DNA from: Victivallales bacterium
GTDB taxonomy: Bacteria > Verrucomicrobiota > Lentisphaeria > Oligosphaerales > Oligosphaeraceae
Length of the DNA: 51,063 bases
Assembly (NCBI GenBank): GCA_017431255.1
Contig: JAFRLI010000271.1
Coordinates: forward strand, 1 to 51,063
Reading direction: 5' to 3'
Made by a program: the position numbers and the translations under genes
In this document: positions 28,630 through 38,263 of the stretch, in pieces
How positions within the stretch are numbered: the stretch's first letter is position 1
Layout: each line of letters begins with the position of its first letter
The notes under the pieces: model-generated
Database searches by the model: none
Told to the model about the DNA's origin: nothing
The model's input: only the letters and a program-made list of their open reading frames with translations

Positions 28630-29967
28630 TCAGTGCTTCAGACGCTGAGCAAGCGCGGCTTCATAGGCATCGAAGTCCGCAATCGGTTGTTTGGCGACAC
28701 CTGTCTGCACGGCGGCTTCCGCAACCATGCGAGCGACATGCGGAACCACGCGGGGATCAAACGGCTTCGGAATCACATACGTGCGAGCCAACGGGCACTC
28801 GCCATCAAACATTCCTTTTGCCGCATCTTCGGGATACGCCTTGGCAAGTTCTGCCTTGACTTCCGCCGGAACCGCGCAATTCGCCAGTTCCGCCAGTGCC
28901 TTCGCAGCCGCCAGTTTCATCGCCTCGTTGATATCGGACGCACGTACATCCAGCGCACCGCGGAATATTCCGGGGAATCCCAAAACGTTGTTGACCTGGT
29001 TCGGATAGTCCGTCCGCCCCGTGCAGACCACGAATGCGCCTGCTTCCAAAGCGTCCGCGGGGAAAATCTCGGGCACAGGATTTGCCATCGCGAAAATCAC
29101 AGGATTCGGTGCCATGGACTTGACCATCTCCTTCGTGACGCATTTCCCGACGGAGCATCCTAGGAACATATCCGCCCCCACCATCGCTTCCGCCAAGGTA
29201 CGGCACGGCTTCTCGGTCGCCAACTTCTCCTTCGCAAAGTTCATTCCCTCCTTGCGTCCCTTGTAAACGACCCCTTTCGAATCGCACACGACAACGTTTT
29301 CCCGGCGAACGCCCGCAGAAATGTAGAACTCCGCACACGCAATTCCCGCCGCACCGGCGCCGTTCACGACAACGTGAATGTCTTCCAGTTTGCGGCCCGT
29401 GAGTTTTGCGACATTGAGCAGCGCCGCCAGGGAGATGATGGCGGTGCCGTGCTGGTCGTCATGGAAGACGGGGATGTTCATTTTCCGCTTCAGTTCCTGT
29501 TCAATGGTGAAGCATGCGGGTGCCCCGATGTCTTCCAAGTTGATGCCGCCAAAGGTCGGTTCCAGGGCAGCCGTCACCGCAATGACCTTCGCAGGGTCCG
29601 TGCGACCCTTTTCGTCCAGCATACCGCCGAGACAGATGGGTACTGCGTCAATATCCGCAAAACGCTTGAACAGAACCGCTTTGCCTTCCATCACGGGCAA
29701 CCCGGCCTCTGGACCGATGTTACCAAGTCCCAAAACAGCCGTTCCATCGCTCACCACAGCAACCATGTTCCCTTTGCTCGTGTAACGGTACACGTCCTCG
29801 GGGGTGTCCTTAATCGCCAAGCACGGCTCTGCCACACCAGGAGTGTAAGCCAGGGACAAATCCTGCTGCGTCTCGCAGGGCTTCGTCGCCACCACGCTGA
29901 TTTTCCCCGAAGTCGGTCCTTCATGGTAAGCAAGGCTACGGTCTTTGAGCGAAGATTCTGAACTCAT
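28630..29967 (-). CDS. NAD(P)-dependent malic enzyme (short form, no PTA domain)
   Basis: 445 aa. Contains '[13 protein letters not shown]', 'INLEDI' and the NAD-binding motif '[14 protein letters not shown]'. Confidence 0.9.
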   Translation of the reverse strand: MSSESSLKDRSLAYHEGPTSGKISVVATKPCETQQDLSLAYTPGVAEPCLAIKDTPEDVYRYTSKGNMVAVVSDGTAVLGLGNIGPEAGLPVMEGKAVLFKRFADIDAVPICLGGMLDEKGRTDPAKVIAVTAALEPTFGGINLEDIGAPACFTIEQELKRKMNIPVFHDDQHGTAIISLAALLNVAKLTGRKLEDIHVVVNGAGAAGIACAEFYISAGVRRENVVVCDSKGVVYKGRKEGMNFAKEKLATEKPCRTLAEAMVGADMFLGCSVGKCVTKEMVKSMAPNPVIFAMANPVPEIFPADALEAGAFVVCTGRTDYPNQVNNVLGFPGIFRGALDVRASDINEAMKLAAAKALAELANCAVPAEVKAELAKAYPEDAAKGMFDGECPLARTYVIPKPFDPRVVPHVARMVAEAAVQTGVAKQPIADFDAYEAALAQRLKH

Positions 29968-29982
29968 CTTTCCTTTCCTAAA

Positions 29983-30024
29983 TCTGGTTTTCTGGTTTTC
30001 TCTAGGGTTCTAGAGGTTCTAGCC
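29983..30024. repeat. Short compound tandem repeat in the malic-enzyme leader or promoter region
   Basis: TCTGGTTT x2 (29983-29998), followed by CTAG-anchored 8-9-bp units CTAGGGTT / CTAGAGGTT / CTAGCC (CTAG at 30002, 30010 and 30019). A hairpin GCCGC-agtcaca-GCGGC follows. Confidence 0.8.
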
Positions 30025-30233
30025 GCAGTCACAGCGGCTCGTGACATGCATCCTAATATAAATATACCACCTTCCCGACATTTTGCACATCTGCCCACAC
30101 AAAAAAACTAACCCGCCATTTGTATGTCTCCAATCCCGTTGCTCCAACGGACGAGAATCCTTTTTAGAACCCGGAAAGAGCAATGGCACGTCCCGTAATG
30201 ACCTCGCCAGCGTAGCCCACGACCAGCGTGCAT

Positions 30234-33200
30234 TTACCAGTGATAGAAGCGATACGGGTCGTCACCGGCGACAGCGGTGTCCGCATAGTAGCACTTCTGG
30301 TTGGCGATACGAAGAATGGGACGCCCCACCATGCCGCCATTGCCGCGAATATCATTGCAACGGACCACAATGGTTTGCAGACCGTCGGGACGAAGCAACT
30401 CCTTCTTGAGCAAAATGTCGCGCGGAGCCTGCCAGTAATCATCGGGATTGGTCTTTTGGTCGACAACGTGAACGAGTTTTCCATTGAGGAAGACCTGGGA
30501 TTCATCATCCACGGCACCTAGACTGAGGATTACGTTGCCGCTACGGAGTGCCGGCTGGGAGAGGTCAAGTTCCAAACAATACCACGCAGCCCCGTTGTAA
30601 TTTACACGCTCCTGGAGTTGATGTTCCCAGGGCATTCCGACTTTGACGTGACTCCATTTCCCGGCACGTGTCGGGTCTTCAAACCATTTTTTCTCAAGGC
30701 CCTCGTTGCGGTCGTCGAAGCAGATTTTCCATCCCTGGGTGCAGTCGGGCGGATTGACGAGATGTTCGGTGGCAGCATACTCTGCAAGGTTTTGGCAGAA
30801 GGCCGTCTGGAAGGTGGCGCCGAGGTTGGCGAGGAGTCGCATCATTGCAAAATCTGCGCGTCGGCAGGTGGTGCGGACGGCCTGGAACTCTGGGCTCCAA
30901 GTCCAAGGCGGCAACTGCATCATAACAATCGCGCCCTTGCCGCGTCGCACGCAATGCAGGGAGACGCCACCATTGCTTCCCTCGGGGAATCCATCGAACT
31001 CCTGCGGATAGCGCACGTGAAGTTCGGAGTTGCCGATGCCCCGAAATAGCGGTTCTTTGCGCAAGGTGGAAACGTAGTCCGTGAAATAGGTACCGGGAAC
31101 CGCCTTCACCCCTGCAATCGTTTCCAGTTCCGCCGCAGTCATCCCACAACAGAGCACATTCACGCCAAACGAAATCTTCGTCTGAAGGTCCACGACGGGA
31201 ATCTTTGCCCCGCGAGAAAGAACCACCACATCACCAGGCTGGACCAAAGAAAGTTCCAGCGGGTCGGCCTTGACACCCATCGCGGTCAGTTTTTCCGTCA
31301 TTGCCGACAAGGTCTCCCCGCCTGCATACCAAGTGCGGTGCGTGGCACTGGGTGCAGTCTGGTCCAAAAACTCGATCGCTCGCGCAAAGGTTTCAAGCGC
31401 CTGCGGGTCCACGACACGCTCCCAATGGTTAAAAGCGGGCTGTTCCTGACGATGGAAAACTTCCAGTTGGCAGAAAAGGATTTGGGCAGAATCCTCGTTG
31501 AAAAAGAGAAGCGGTGCGTATTGCAAATCGAATCCGCCCTGATAGAGCGGGAGCCAGTTGCCCTGGCTGGGCTTTTCAGGGAGGATGTGAGCGACAATGC
31601 CCCGATTGCCGGCACGGCAGGTGTGCACGACATCAAACCCGCACCAGAGATAAGGCGGATACGGGGAAAGCGGGGGCAGTTGCAGATAGCGTGGCAGGGA
31701 GGTGGATTCGCCGCGCCAGTTGGATAGTTGCAGCGGGAATGCATTGTCCACGGGGAACACCTCCCGAAGCCCTTGGATGTTCGGACGAATGCCTAGGCCA
31801 AGCAAGACTTTTTCATCCTGCGGCAACACGAGCAATTTGAGACCATCCTGCAAAGCGGCCTCCAGCGGGAACGGCAGTTTCTGCGAAAGCGCATCTGGAC
31901 CAAGAACCAGCATCTGGAGCCCCTTCAAATCCGCTTCCTTGGAAACCTCGCGCACCCCTTTGATGCCCAGGAGTTTGGTCAGCAATTTGCCCGTGGAAAC
32001 GCGCTTCGTCCCCTTCAAATCATAGCAGCCGATTTTACTTTGGACCTTTGCCTGAACCTTGCGCGGAAGCACGTTGATGGTCATCGCGTCCGTCCATTTG
32101 CGCGTCTGTCCAGGTGCCTCCTCGCAGGTGACTTCCATTGTGATTTGACAAGCCTTTTTGCTTGCCTGGAAAATGACGGGGACTTCGAAGCGCGTGCCAG
32201 GCTGAAGTTTTCTACTGCCGCTGGCTTTTGTGTTGCCTGCCTGCCACTTGTAATGGAAGGTCTGCGGATGGCGCGAATGGTTGAGGAGAAGAATGCTCTT
32301 CTCCACTTCCTCGCCGTCCCAGAAATTCAACGAGGACTCCGTGAAGTTGCCCGGTGCCCCGGCAATCCAGGCCTGGAGCGGGTCGGCAAAACATTCCACG
32401 AACGCCTTTCCCGTCAGCGTCAACTCATATTCATTGATCGTGTCCGCAAGATAGTTTCCCGCAGAGGTGTAATAATCAGGAACCAGTCCTGGTCGCTTGA
32501 GATTCTTGAAAGCGTTGGGATTGGGAATGGTCGATGGTCTCCCCGTCGTGGAGCGTCGTGTCAGAAGATGTCCGTCCCAGGGAAGACATGCGGAAATGCC
32601 GCGTGCATTCATATCACGAAGCCCCTTGCGCACGTACAGCGATTGCGTCAAATCCACGCCAGGTGCCCTCAGGAAAAAGAAACGGCGCGGGATGTTGGCA
32701 AACTGCTTTGCCACAATGTCCTTCTGGGAAAAATACCCTTGCTTGACGTCATCCATACGATACGCCTCCTCGCCCAGCGTCTCTGCGTCATATTCATCCA
32801 TCCAAAGGGTTTGCACAGCGGGACTATGATGAATGAACAGCGGTCCGCGATAACTCGACCAACTCGCCACATGCGGCATTCCATACTCCACAAAGAACAC
32901 GGGCGCGTTGCCGTTGTGCTCCCAGTCCTCCAGCCAGTCGCCCCGCTCCTGCGCAGGCGCCCAGTTTTCGTACTGGTTGGGAGCATGGACATCGCCAAGC
33001 ATGCCGCCATCGTGGTGATAGACGGGACGCGTGGGGTCCAAGTCCTTGAGAATGCCATCGACGATGAGCGCCTGGACGCGTCTGGGATTGACCTGCCCGT
33101 ATTTTTCGGGAGTGTAGCCGTTTCCGATGCGAGTGGGATTCTGCATATCGGGATAGGGGCAGAGGTTGTGGGAAGTCGATTGCATCACGAGCCCCGGAAG

Positions 33201-35165
33201 GTTTTGATAGCGGCGCAAGCGCTGTTCCGCCAGTTTGCGGAAGCGCTTTTGAGATTCCGGGTTCTGGGCCAAATCAGGCAAGAAACTGAAGTTGGGCATC
33301 GTGAGGCTCGTGAGCAACCCCATGCGGGAAGTCACCTGGCGATAGGCGTCCTGATACGCAAACTTGCCAGGCATGAACGAGTACGTCTTGTCACCGTCAA
33401 TCAGGAAATTGACGTGGATGGCGCGGCAGCGTTTCACGAGTTCCTTGACCGCCTCCTCGTGAGAATAGGCGGAATTGGCACCAGCCTGGTTCGCGATGCT
33501 ACGAAGGTGGATAATGGTACCATTGAGCAGGAAGTTGCGCCCATCAATGGTAAACTCACGGAAACCGAACTCCTCGGGATAGAGGACGTCCAGGACTTTC
33601 CCAGCCGCGTCAAGCAGGGAAATCTCGGCGGTGTAGAGGTTTTCGGGGCAGTCAATGTCCCAAAGTTTCGGGGCAATCCAGTCGTAGACCGCGCTATGAC
33701 GAGATTCCGCCGCCCCGTCCGACGTGATTTTCTGCGGTGGAAATGTTTTCACGAAGTTGTCAGGACCGCGAACGATTGCGGAGAGTTGGAAGTCCCCTTT
33801 CGGCAGTCCCAGAAAGCCTGTATTGAACTCAATGCGCTTCCTGCCGACGTAGGTGCGAACGTGTACATCCGAGATGCGCGGTCCAAAGGGAACCGCTTCC
33901 AGACGCGCCTCGCCACATAGTCCCTTGTTGGCCAGTTCGCCCATATCCTTGTAAATGCGCGTGCCTCCCATCGCCCTCTGCTGCTCCATCGGCAACGCCT
34001 CCACCAGGATCTCCACCAGGATTTCCCGCCCCGGCTTCGCCACTTTGGTCAAATCCAGTTCCCCGCAGGCAAATTGGATGGTACCGACAACCTTCCCGTC
34101 CACATGCACTTTTGCCGAGGCGTTGACGCCGTCCAGTTGCAGCAGGATACGGAATCCGTCCCAATCTTTCGGGACGGTGATTCTGCGGCGATACCAGGCA
34201 AAATGCGGGAGAGGGATGGCGGTCTGGATGCTCTTTGCGATGTGAGCGGGGGTGGGATTCTGCTGCGGCGTTCCATAACGGGATTCCGAACGCCACGAAC
34301 CCGGTACCTTCTGCCAGCCCCACCCCGTGCCGATGGCGGGCGGGACCTCGCGCGGCTCATCGTCCTTCAGCAGATGGAATTGCCAGAGACCATTCAGGGA
34401 GATTTGCTTGCGCGTTGCGGTCTCCCGCCGCCAGGCGTCGTCCAAGGAAAACACTTCTGCCACGCCGCGACCGTCAGGGGAATCCATATCCAGACGTTCC
34501 CGAACCAATTGCACGACAAAAGAATCCACCTCCAGCATGCCCGATGGTCCGTAATTGACGGGATACACCTCTATGAATTTCGTTCCTTCCGGCGGGTTGT
34601 AGACACGCTCGCACTTCTGCCAATCCGTGGTCCCAATGCCACGGAATGCACGCGGATTGTTGTGCTTCAACATCTTGTTTTTCGCGTCGCGGAAAAATAC
34701 GTCCACACGGGCATTCTTCCATTCCAAATCCCCGACAACCGCGTCCACCGTCCGCAAACGGAAAGACAAATACACCCCGTCGCCTTTCTTCCATTCGGGA
34801 AGAGGAATGCGATGCCGAACCCCACGGTTTCCACCTTGAATCACAAAATGTCCCTTGCCCGAAGAATAGTCCGCCGTGACTCCTTCCGCCAGCGGCTTCG
34901 TTGTGCACGTCTTCTCCGTGAGCATGTTCTCGGAATGCAGAAGTTCGTATTGATGCGTTCCGACCAGGAAGACCGTCGATTCCGCAGCCCAGGAACTCCC
35001 CAGCATCATCACGAAAATACCCAAGTACGCTAATCCATATAAGGCAATGGCGAAACTACCGCCCAACCGCCAAAACACCGCAAGCGAGGAAGCCATCGTG
35101 TTGCACCGTGAAGACGGTTGGGATGAGAGTTTTGCAATTACCTTGCATGACAACTGTCGTTTCAT
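30234..35165 (-). CDS. Very large (1643 aa) secreted GH2-like multidomain glycoside hydrolase
   Basis: N-terminal hydrophobic segment. GH2 sugar-binding signatures 'ISLNGLWQF', 'WYRRRITVPKDWDGFRILLQLDGVNASAKVHVDGKVVG' and 'FREFTIDGRNFLLNGTIIHLRS'. A second galactose-binding-like domain lies at the C-terminus ('AAWYCLELDL...VILSLGAVDDESQVFLNGKLV'). AGGAGA lies 6 nt upstream of the ATG. Confidence 0.75.
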   Translation of the reverse strand: MKRQLSCKVIAKLSSQPSSRCNTMASSLAVFWRLGGSFAIALYGLAYLGIFVMMLGSSWAAESTVFLVGTHQYELLHSENMLTEKTCTTKPLAEGVTADYSSGKGHFVIQGGNRGVRHRIPLPEWKKGDGVYLSFRLRTVDAVVGDLEWKNARVDVFFRDAKNKMLKHNNPRAFRGIGTTDWQKCERVYNPPEGTKFIEVYPVNYGPSGMLEVDSFVVQLVRERLDMDSPDGRGVAEVFSLDDAWRRETATRKQISLNGLWQFHLLKDDEPREVPPAIGTGWGWQKVPGSWRSESRYGTPQQNPTPAHIAKSIQTAIPLPHFAWYRRRITVPKDWDGFRILLQLDGVNASAKVHVDGKVVGTIQFACGELDLTKVAKPGREILVEILVEALPMEQQRAMGGTRIYKDMGELANKGLCGEARLEAVPFGPRISDVHVRTYVGRKRIEFNTGFLGLPKGDFQLSAIVRGPDNFVKTFPPQKITSDGAAESRHSAVYDWIAPKLWDIDCPENLYTAEISLLDAAGKVLDVLYPEEFGFREFTIDGRNFLLNGTIIHLRSIANQAGANSAYSHEEAVKELVKRCRAIHVNFLIDGDKTYSFMPGKFAYQDAYRQVTSRMGLLTSLTMPNFSFLPDLAQNPESQKRFRKLAEQRLRRYQNLPGLVMQSTSHNLCPYPDMQNPTRIGNGYTPEKYGQVNPRRVQALIVDGILKDLDPTRPVYHHDGGMLGDVHAPNQYENWAPAQERGDWLEDWEHNGNAPVFFVEYGMPHVASWSSYRGPLFIHHSPAVQTLWMDEYDAETLGEEAYRMDDVKQGYFSQKDIVAKQFANIPRRFFFLRAPGVDLTQSLYVRKGLRDMNARGISACLPWDGHLLTRRSTTGRPSTIPNPNAFKNLKRPGLVPDYYTSAGNYLADTINEYELTLTGKAFVECFADPLQAWIAGAPGNFTESSLNFWDGEEVEKSILLLNHSRHPQTFHYKWQAGNTKASGSRKLQPGTRFEVPVIFQASKKACQITMEVTCEEAPGQTRKWTDAMTINVLPRKVQAKVQSKIGCYDLKGTKRVSTGKLLTKLLGIKGVREVSKEADLKGLQMLVLGPDALSQKLPFPLEAALQDGLKLLVLPQDEKVLLGLGIRPNIQGLREVFPVDNAFPLQLSNWRGESTSLPRYLQLPPLSPYPPYLWCGFDVVHTCRAGNRGIVAHILPEKPSQGNWLPLYQGGFDLQYAPLLFFNEDSAQILFCQLEVFHRQEQPAFNHWERVVDPQALETFARAIEFLDQTAPSATHRTWYAGGETLSAMTEKLTAMGVKADPLELSLVQPGDVVVLSRGAKIPVVDLQTKISFGVNVLCCGMTAAELETIAGVKAVPGTYFTDYVSTLRKEPLFRGIGNSELHVRYPQEFDGFPEGSNGGVSLHCVRRGKGAIVMMQLPPWTWSPEFQAVRTTCRRADFAMMRLLANLGATFQTAFCQNLAEYAATEHLVNPPDCTQGWKICFDDRNEGLEKKWFEDPTRAGKWSHVKVGMPWEHQLQERVNYNGAAWYCLELDLSQPALRSGNVILSLGAVDDESQVFLNGKLVHVVDQKTNPDDYWQAPRDILLKKELLRPDGLQTIVVRCNDIRGNGGMVGRPILRIANQKCYYADTAVAGDDPYRFYHW

Positions 35166-35174
35166 TTCGTTCTC

Positions 35175-36383
35175 CTATGGTTCCAGGATGATATCCAAAA
35201 CTGGCGACGGCACCTCAGGAATGCCCTGGATGCGCAGAAAATGCCCCTGGCCGATGTGGTAGGGAACCTCTTCGTTCGAGAATCGCAATGCGTCTCCCGT
35301 GTTCAACAGCGTCGCGGAACGGGCCTTGTTGCACAGAGGTGCCAGCGAGACAAAGTCCGCGTTCAGTCCAAAGGGACAATGCACATAAAGATGCTCTCCA
35401 TCCCGCAGCGCAATAAGCCGCGGGTCCTCCAGGGCGACAGGGACGCCCGTCATCGGAAATGCCTGCCGCACAGGACGAAGCCAATTCCCGACTGTCCGCA
35501 AAATGGACGCCTGCTCGCCTGGAATCCGTCCATCCGCGTCGGGACCGACATTGAGCAGATAGTTTCCCTGGCGAGCGAGATTGCTGTCCAGAGAGCGAAT
35601 GAGGTAGGAGGGATAATGGAGGTCGTCGCCACGACGGTATCCCCAGGAATTGACCATCACGCTTTGGCAGGCCTCTGTCGGCTTTTCAAAGGCATTGTGG
35701 GATTCGGGGGAGGCGTGCTCCGGATCGAACTCGCGTTCAGGCGTTGTGTAGTCACCCTCATCGTAGCCGCGATTGTTGAGGATGGCGCAGGGTTGCAGTT
35801 CACGAATCATCTCTCGCATCGACGGCTCACGCACCCTGTCCACGTTCATGTCCCACCAAATCCCGTGAATCGTTCCATAATTCGTGCAAAGTTCGCGAAT
35901 CTGCCGTTTCACAAACGCAACATATTCTTCCATGTTGTGACGCGTTGGGTCGGTTTGGATTTCGTGGTGTCGCCCCTGGTTTGGATAGGCGGGGTGGTGC
36001 CAATCCACGCAGGAATAGTATAGTTCCAAAGGAAAGTTGCGACGATGGCAGGCTTCCGCAAGCATCCCGACGATGTCCTTCCCGTATGGGGTGTGCATGA
36101 CATTCCAGTCGGTCTCGGCGGTGTCCCACAGGCAGAATCCGTCGTGGTGCTTTGTCGTGAAAACCAGATATTCCATCCCGGCCTCCTGCGCCAAATCCAG
36201 CCATTGTTCGGGGTCGAATGCACGTGGATGGAACTGCGGCGGCAGTTTCGCGTACTCGCTCGCCGCCATCCCGTAACGCCACCAAATCTGCTCATGCACC
36301 CCCGCAACCGCATAAACGCCCCAATGCACAAACATCCCAAACCGCTTTTCATGAAACCACTTACGTTCGTCCGTAAATCGCAT
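35175..36383 (-). CDS. Alpha-L-fucosidase, glycoside hydrolase family 29
   Basis: The preferred start is ATG 36383 ('MRFTDERKWFHEKRFGMFVHWGVYAV'), with GGAG upstream. 'TKHHDGFCLWDT' is a GH29 hallmark. Its stop lies 9 nt before the GH2-like gene. Confidence 0.88.
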   Translation of the reverse strand: MRFTDERKWFHEKRFGMFVHWGVYAVAGVHEQIWWRYGMAASEYAKLPPQFHPRAFDPEQWLDLAQEAGMEYLVFTTKHHDGFCLWDTAETDWNVMHTPYGKDIVGMLAEACHRRNFPLELYYSCVDWHHPAYPNQGRHHEIQTDPTRHNMEEYVAFVKRQIRELCTNYGTIHGIWWDMNVDRVREPSMREMIRELQPCAILNNRGYDEGDYTTPEREFDPEHASPESHNAFEKPTEACQSVMVNSWGYRRGDDLHYPSYLIRSLDSNLARQGNYLLNVGPDADGRIPGEQASILRTVGNWLRPVRQAFPMTGVPVALEDPRLIALRDGEHLYVHCPFGLNADFVSLAPLCNKARSATLLNTGDALRFSNEEVPYHIGQGHFLRIQGIPEVPSPVLDIILEP

Positions 36384-36599
36384 TTTGCTCTCCTTCGTGC
36401 GTACCATCTTTACATTAATCTAGCACCACATTCCCGCTTGTCAATCCCTACCACACAAGGGCCATCTTCTGCAAATCCCAAATCCGTCCAAATCCCCAAA
36501 ACACATTTTTCTCTGTCTCCATTTGCCTTTGGCAAGATAGATAGTACATAATTGACTATTGTACACATACGAACGAACCTTCAACCTAGGAGAATCGCC

Positions 36600-37040
36600 A
36601 TGTCTGCCTTATCCATGTCTCCCTATTCCTGGCTTATCCTCGGCGCATTTCTTGTGCTGGCGGAGTTCTTCGTACCTGGTTTCATCATCTTCTTTTTCGG
36701 CGTAGGATGCCTCATCACTGGTCTGCTGATGTTCCTCTTCCCCATGCCAGACTGGCTCCAGTTGATTGTCTTCATCGCCTCTTCCGTCGTGCTCCTTTTC
36801 ACCGTCCGAAAATATATGCCAAACATCTTCGGCGGCCGCGAACGACGCCGCGAACTCCCCGATGAATCCGACGAATTCGCCGGCGAACCCGCCGTCGTCG
36901 CAGAAGACATCCCAGCCAACGGACGCGGCAAAGTCACCTTCCACGGCTCCCTCTGGGAAGCCACCTCCGACGTCGCACACGCCAAAGGCGAAAACGTCAC
37001 CGTACAGTCCCGAAAGAATCTGGTTCTCGTCGTAAAATAA
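36600..37040 (+). CDS. NfeD family membrane protein
   Basis: The start is taken as ATG 36600 (AGGAGA upstream). It has three TM helices followed by a C-terminal OB-like 'GKVTFHGSLWEATS' domain. It lies directly upstream of a stomatin-type gene, which is the classical nfeD-SPFH operon. Confidence 0.85.
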   Translation: MSALSMSPYSWLILGAFLVLAEFFVPGFIIFFFGVGCLITGLLMFLFPMPDWLQLIVFIASSVVLLFTVRKYMPNIFGGRERRRELPDESDEFAGEPAVVAEDIPANGRGKVTFHGSLWEATSDVAHAKGENVTVQSRKNLVLVVK

Positions 37041-37067
37041 TCATCATTTCCCAAAGGAGAAACTCGA

Positions 37068-38024
37068 ATGGTACCATTCCTCATTGTCGTCGCGTTCATT
37101 GTCATTGTCGCCCTCGCCAAATCGATCTACATTGTGCCGCAAAAGCACGCCTACATCGTCGAACGCCTGGGACAGTACACCTGCACCCTCAACGCCGGCT
37201 TCCACCTACTCGTCCCCTTCATCGACACCGTCCGCTACAAGCAAAACCTCAAGGAAAAGGTCATCGACATCCCGCCCCAGCAGTGCATCACCAAAGACAA
37301 CATCATGGTCTCTGTCGACGGCATCCTCTACCTCACCGTCACCGACCCCGTCAAAGCCTCCTATGGGATTGACAACTATCTCTTCGCCTGCGCACAACTC
37401 GCACAAACCACCCTCCGTTCCGAAATCGGTAAACTCGAACTCGACCGCACCTTCGAGGAACGCAACTCCATCAATGGCGCCATCTGCCAGGAAGTCGACC
37501 AGGCCTCCGACCCCTGGGGCGTCAAGGTCACCCGCTACGAAATCAAAACCATCACCCCGCCCGCCAGCGTCCTCGACGCCATGGAAAAACAAATGAGGGC
37601 AGAACGCGAAAAGCGAGCATCCATCGCCGAATCCGAAGGTCAGCGCGACTCCAAAATCAACCGCTCCGAAGGTGAAAAGCAGGAAGCCATCCGCAAATCC
37701 GAAGGTGAAAAAGCACGCCGCATCAACGAGGCAGAAGGCCGCGCCAAGGAAATCTCCCTCATCGCCGAAGCCACCGCTAATGGTCTCGCCACCATCGCCA
37801 AAGTCCTCTCCAGCGAACCCGGTGCTCACGACGCACTCAACCTCCGAATCGCGGAACAATACATCTCCGAGTTCGGCAAACTCGCCAAAACCAGCAATAC
37901 CCTCGTCATCCCCGCCGACCTCTCCAATATCGCTTCCATCGTCAAAGTCGCAACCACCGCTCTCAGCAATACGACTGCCACTGCCGAAGCCCCCACCACC
38001 CCGCCTGCCCTCCCACGTCGCTAA
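37068..38024 (+). CDS. SPFH/band-7 stomatin-like (slipin) protein
   Basis: 318 aa. 'IVPQKHAYIVERLGQY...LNAGFHLLVPFID...IDIPPQQCITKDNIMVSVDGILY' is typical of stomatin/QmcA-type SPFH proteins. Confidence 0.9.
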   Translation: MVPFLIVVAFIVIVALAKSIYIVPQKHAYIVERLGQYTCTLNAGFHLLVPFIDTVRYKQNLKEKVIDIPPQQCITKDNIMVSVDGILYLTVTDPVKASYGIDNYLFACAQLAQTTLRSEIGKLELDRTFEERNSINGAICQEVDQASDPWGVKVTRYEIKTITPPASVLDAMEKQMRAEREKRASIAESEGQRDSKINRSEGEKQEAIRKSEGEKARRINEAEGRAKEISLIAEATANGLATIAKVLSSEPGAHDALNLRIAEQYISEFGKLAKTSNTLVIPADLSNIASIVKVATTALSNTTATAEAPTTPPALPRR

Positions 38025-38082
38025 TTCCTTTCTCTCGTGGGGGCAACCCCCGCCCTCACCCTCCTCTATCCCTTTTCTTTTT

Positions 38083-38122
38083 CGGAATCGGCGTTGCAAC
38101 GCATCGCCGATTCCGGCTTTTT
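38083..38122 (+). terminator. Rho-independent terminator after the nfeD-stomatin operon
   Basis: 15-bp stem with one mismatch, CGGAATCGGCGTTGC / GCATCGCCGATTCCG, and a 3-nt loop. It is followed by GCTTTTT. Confidence 0.85.
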
Positions 38123-38263
38123 AGGGAAATGACCTGGTCCTCTCGGTTCGAAAAACTTCATCGCGAGTCCCATGAAAAAAGCGTTGTTTGTGCTTGATTT
38201 TAGGGAAATATGGTGCAAATTAATAAGATGGAGGATTTTTCAAAACAAAAGGAAATTTGTCTC

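Noticed and set aside
38119-38209. Two copies of TTTTAGGGAAAT, 79 bp apart, upstream of cysS; also considered as a T-box-like leader.
   Set aside because: There are only two copies in an AT-rich spacer. The first overlaps the U-tract of the preceding terminator. No T-box or specifier structure is recognisable. The evidence is insufficient to call a regulatory element.
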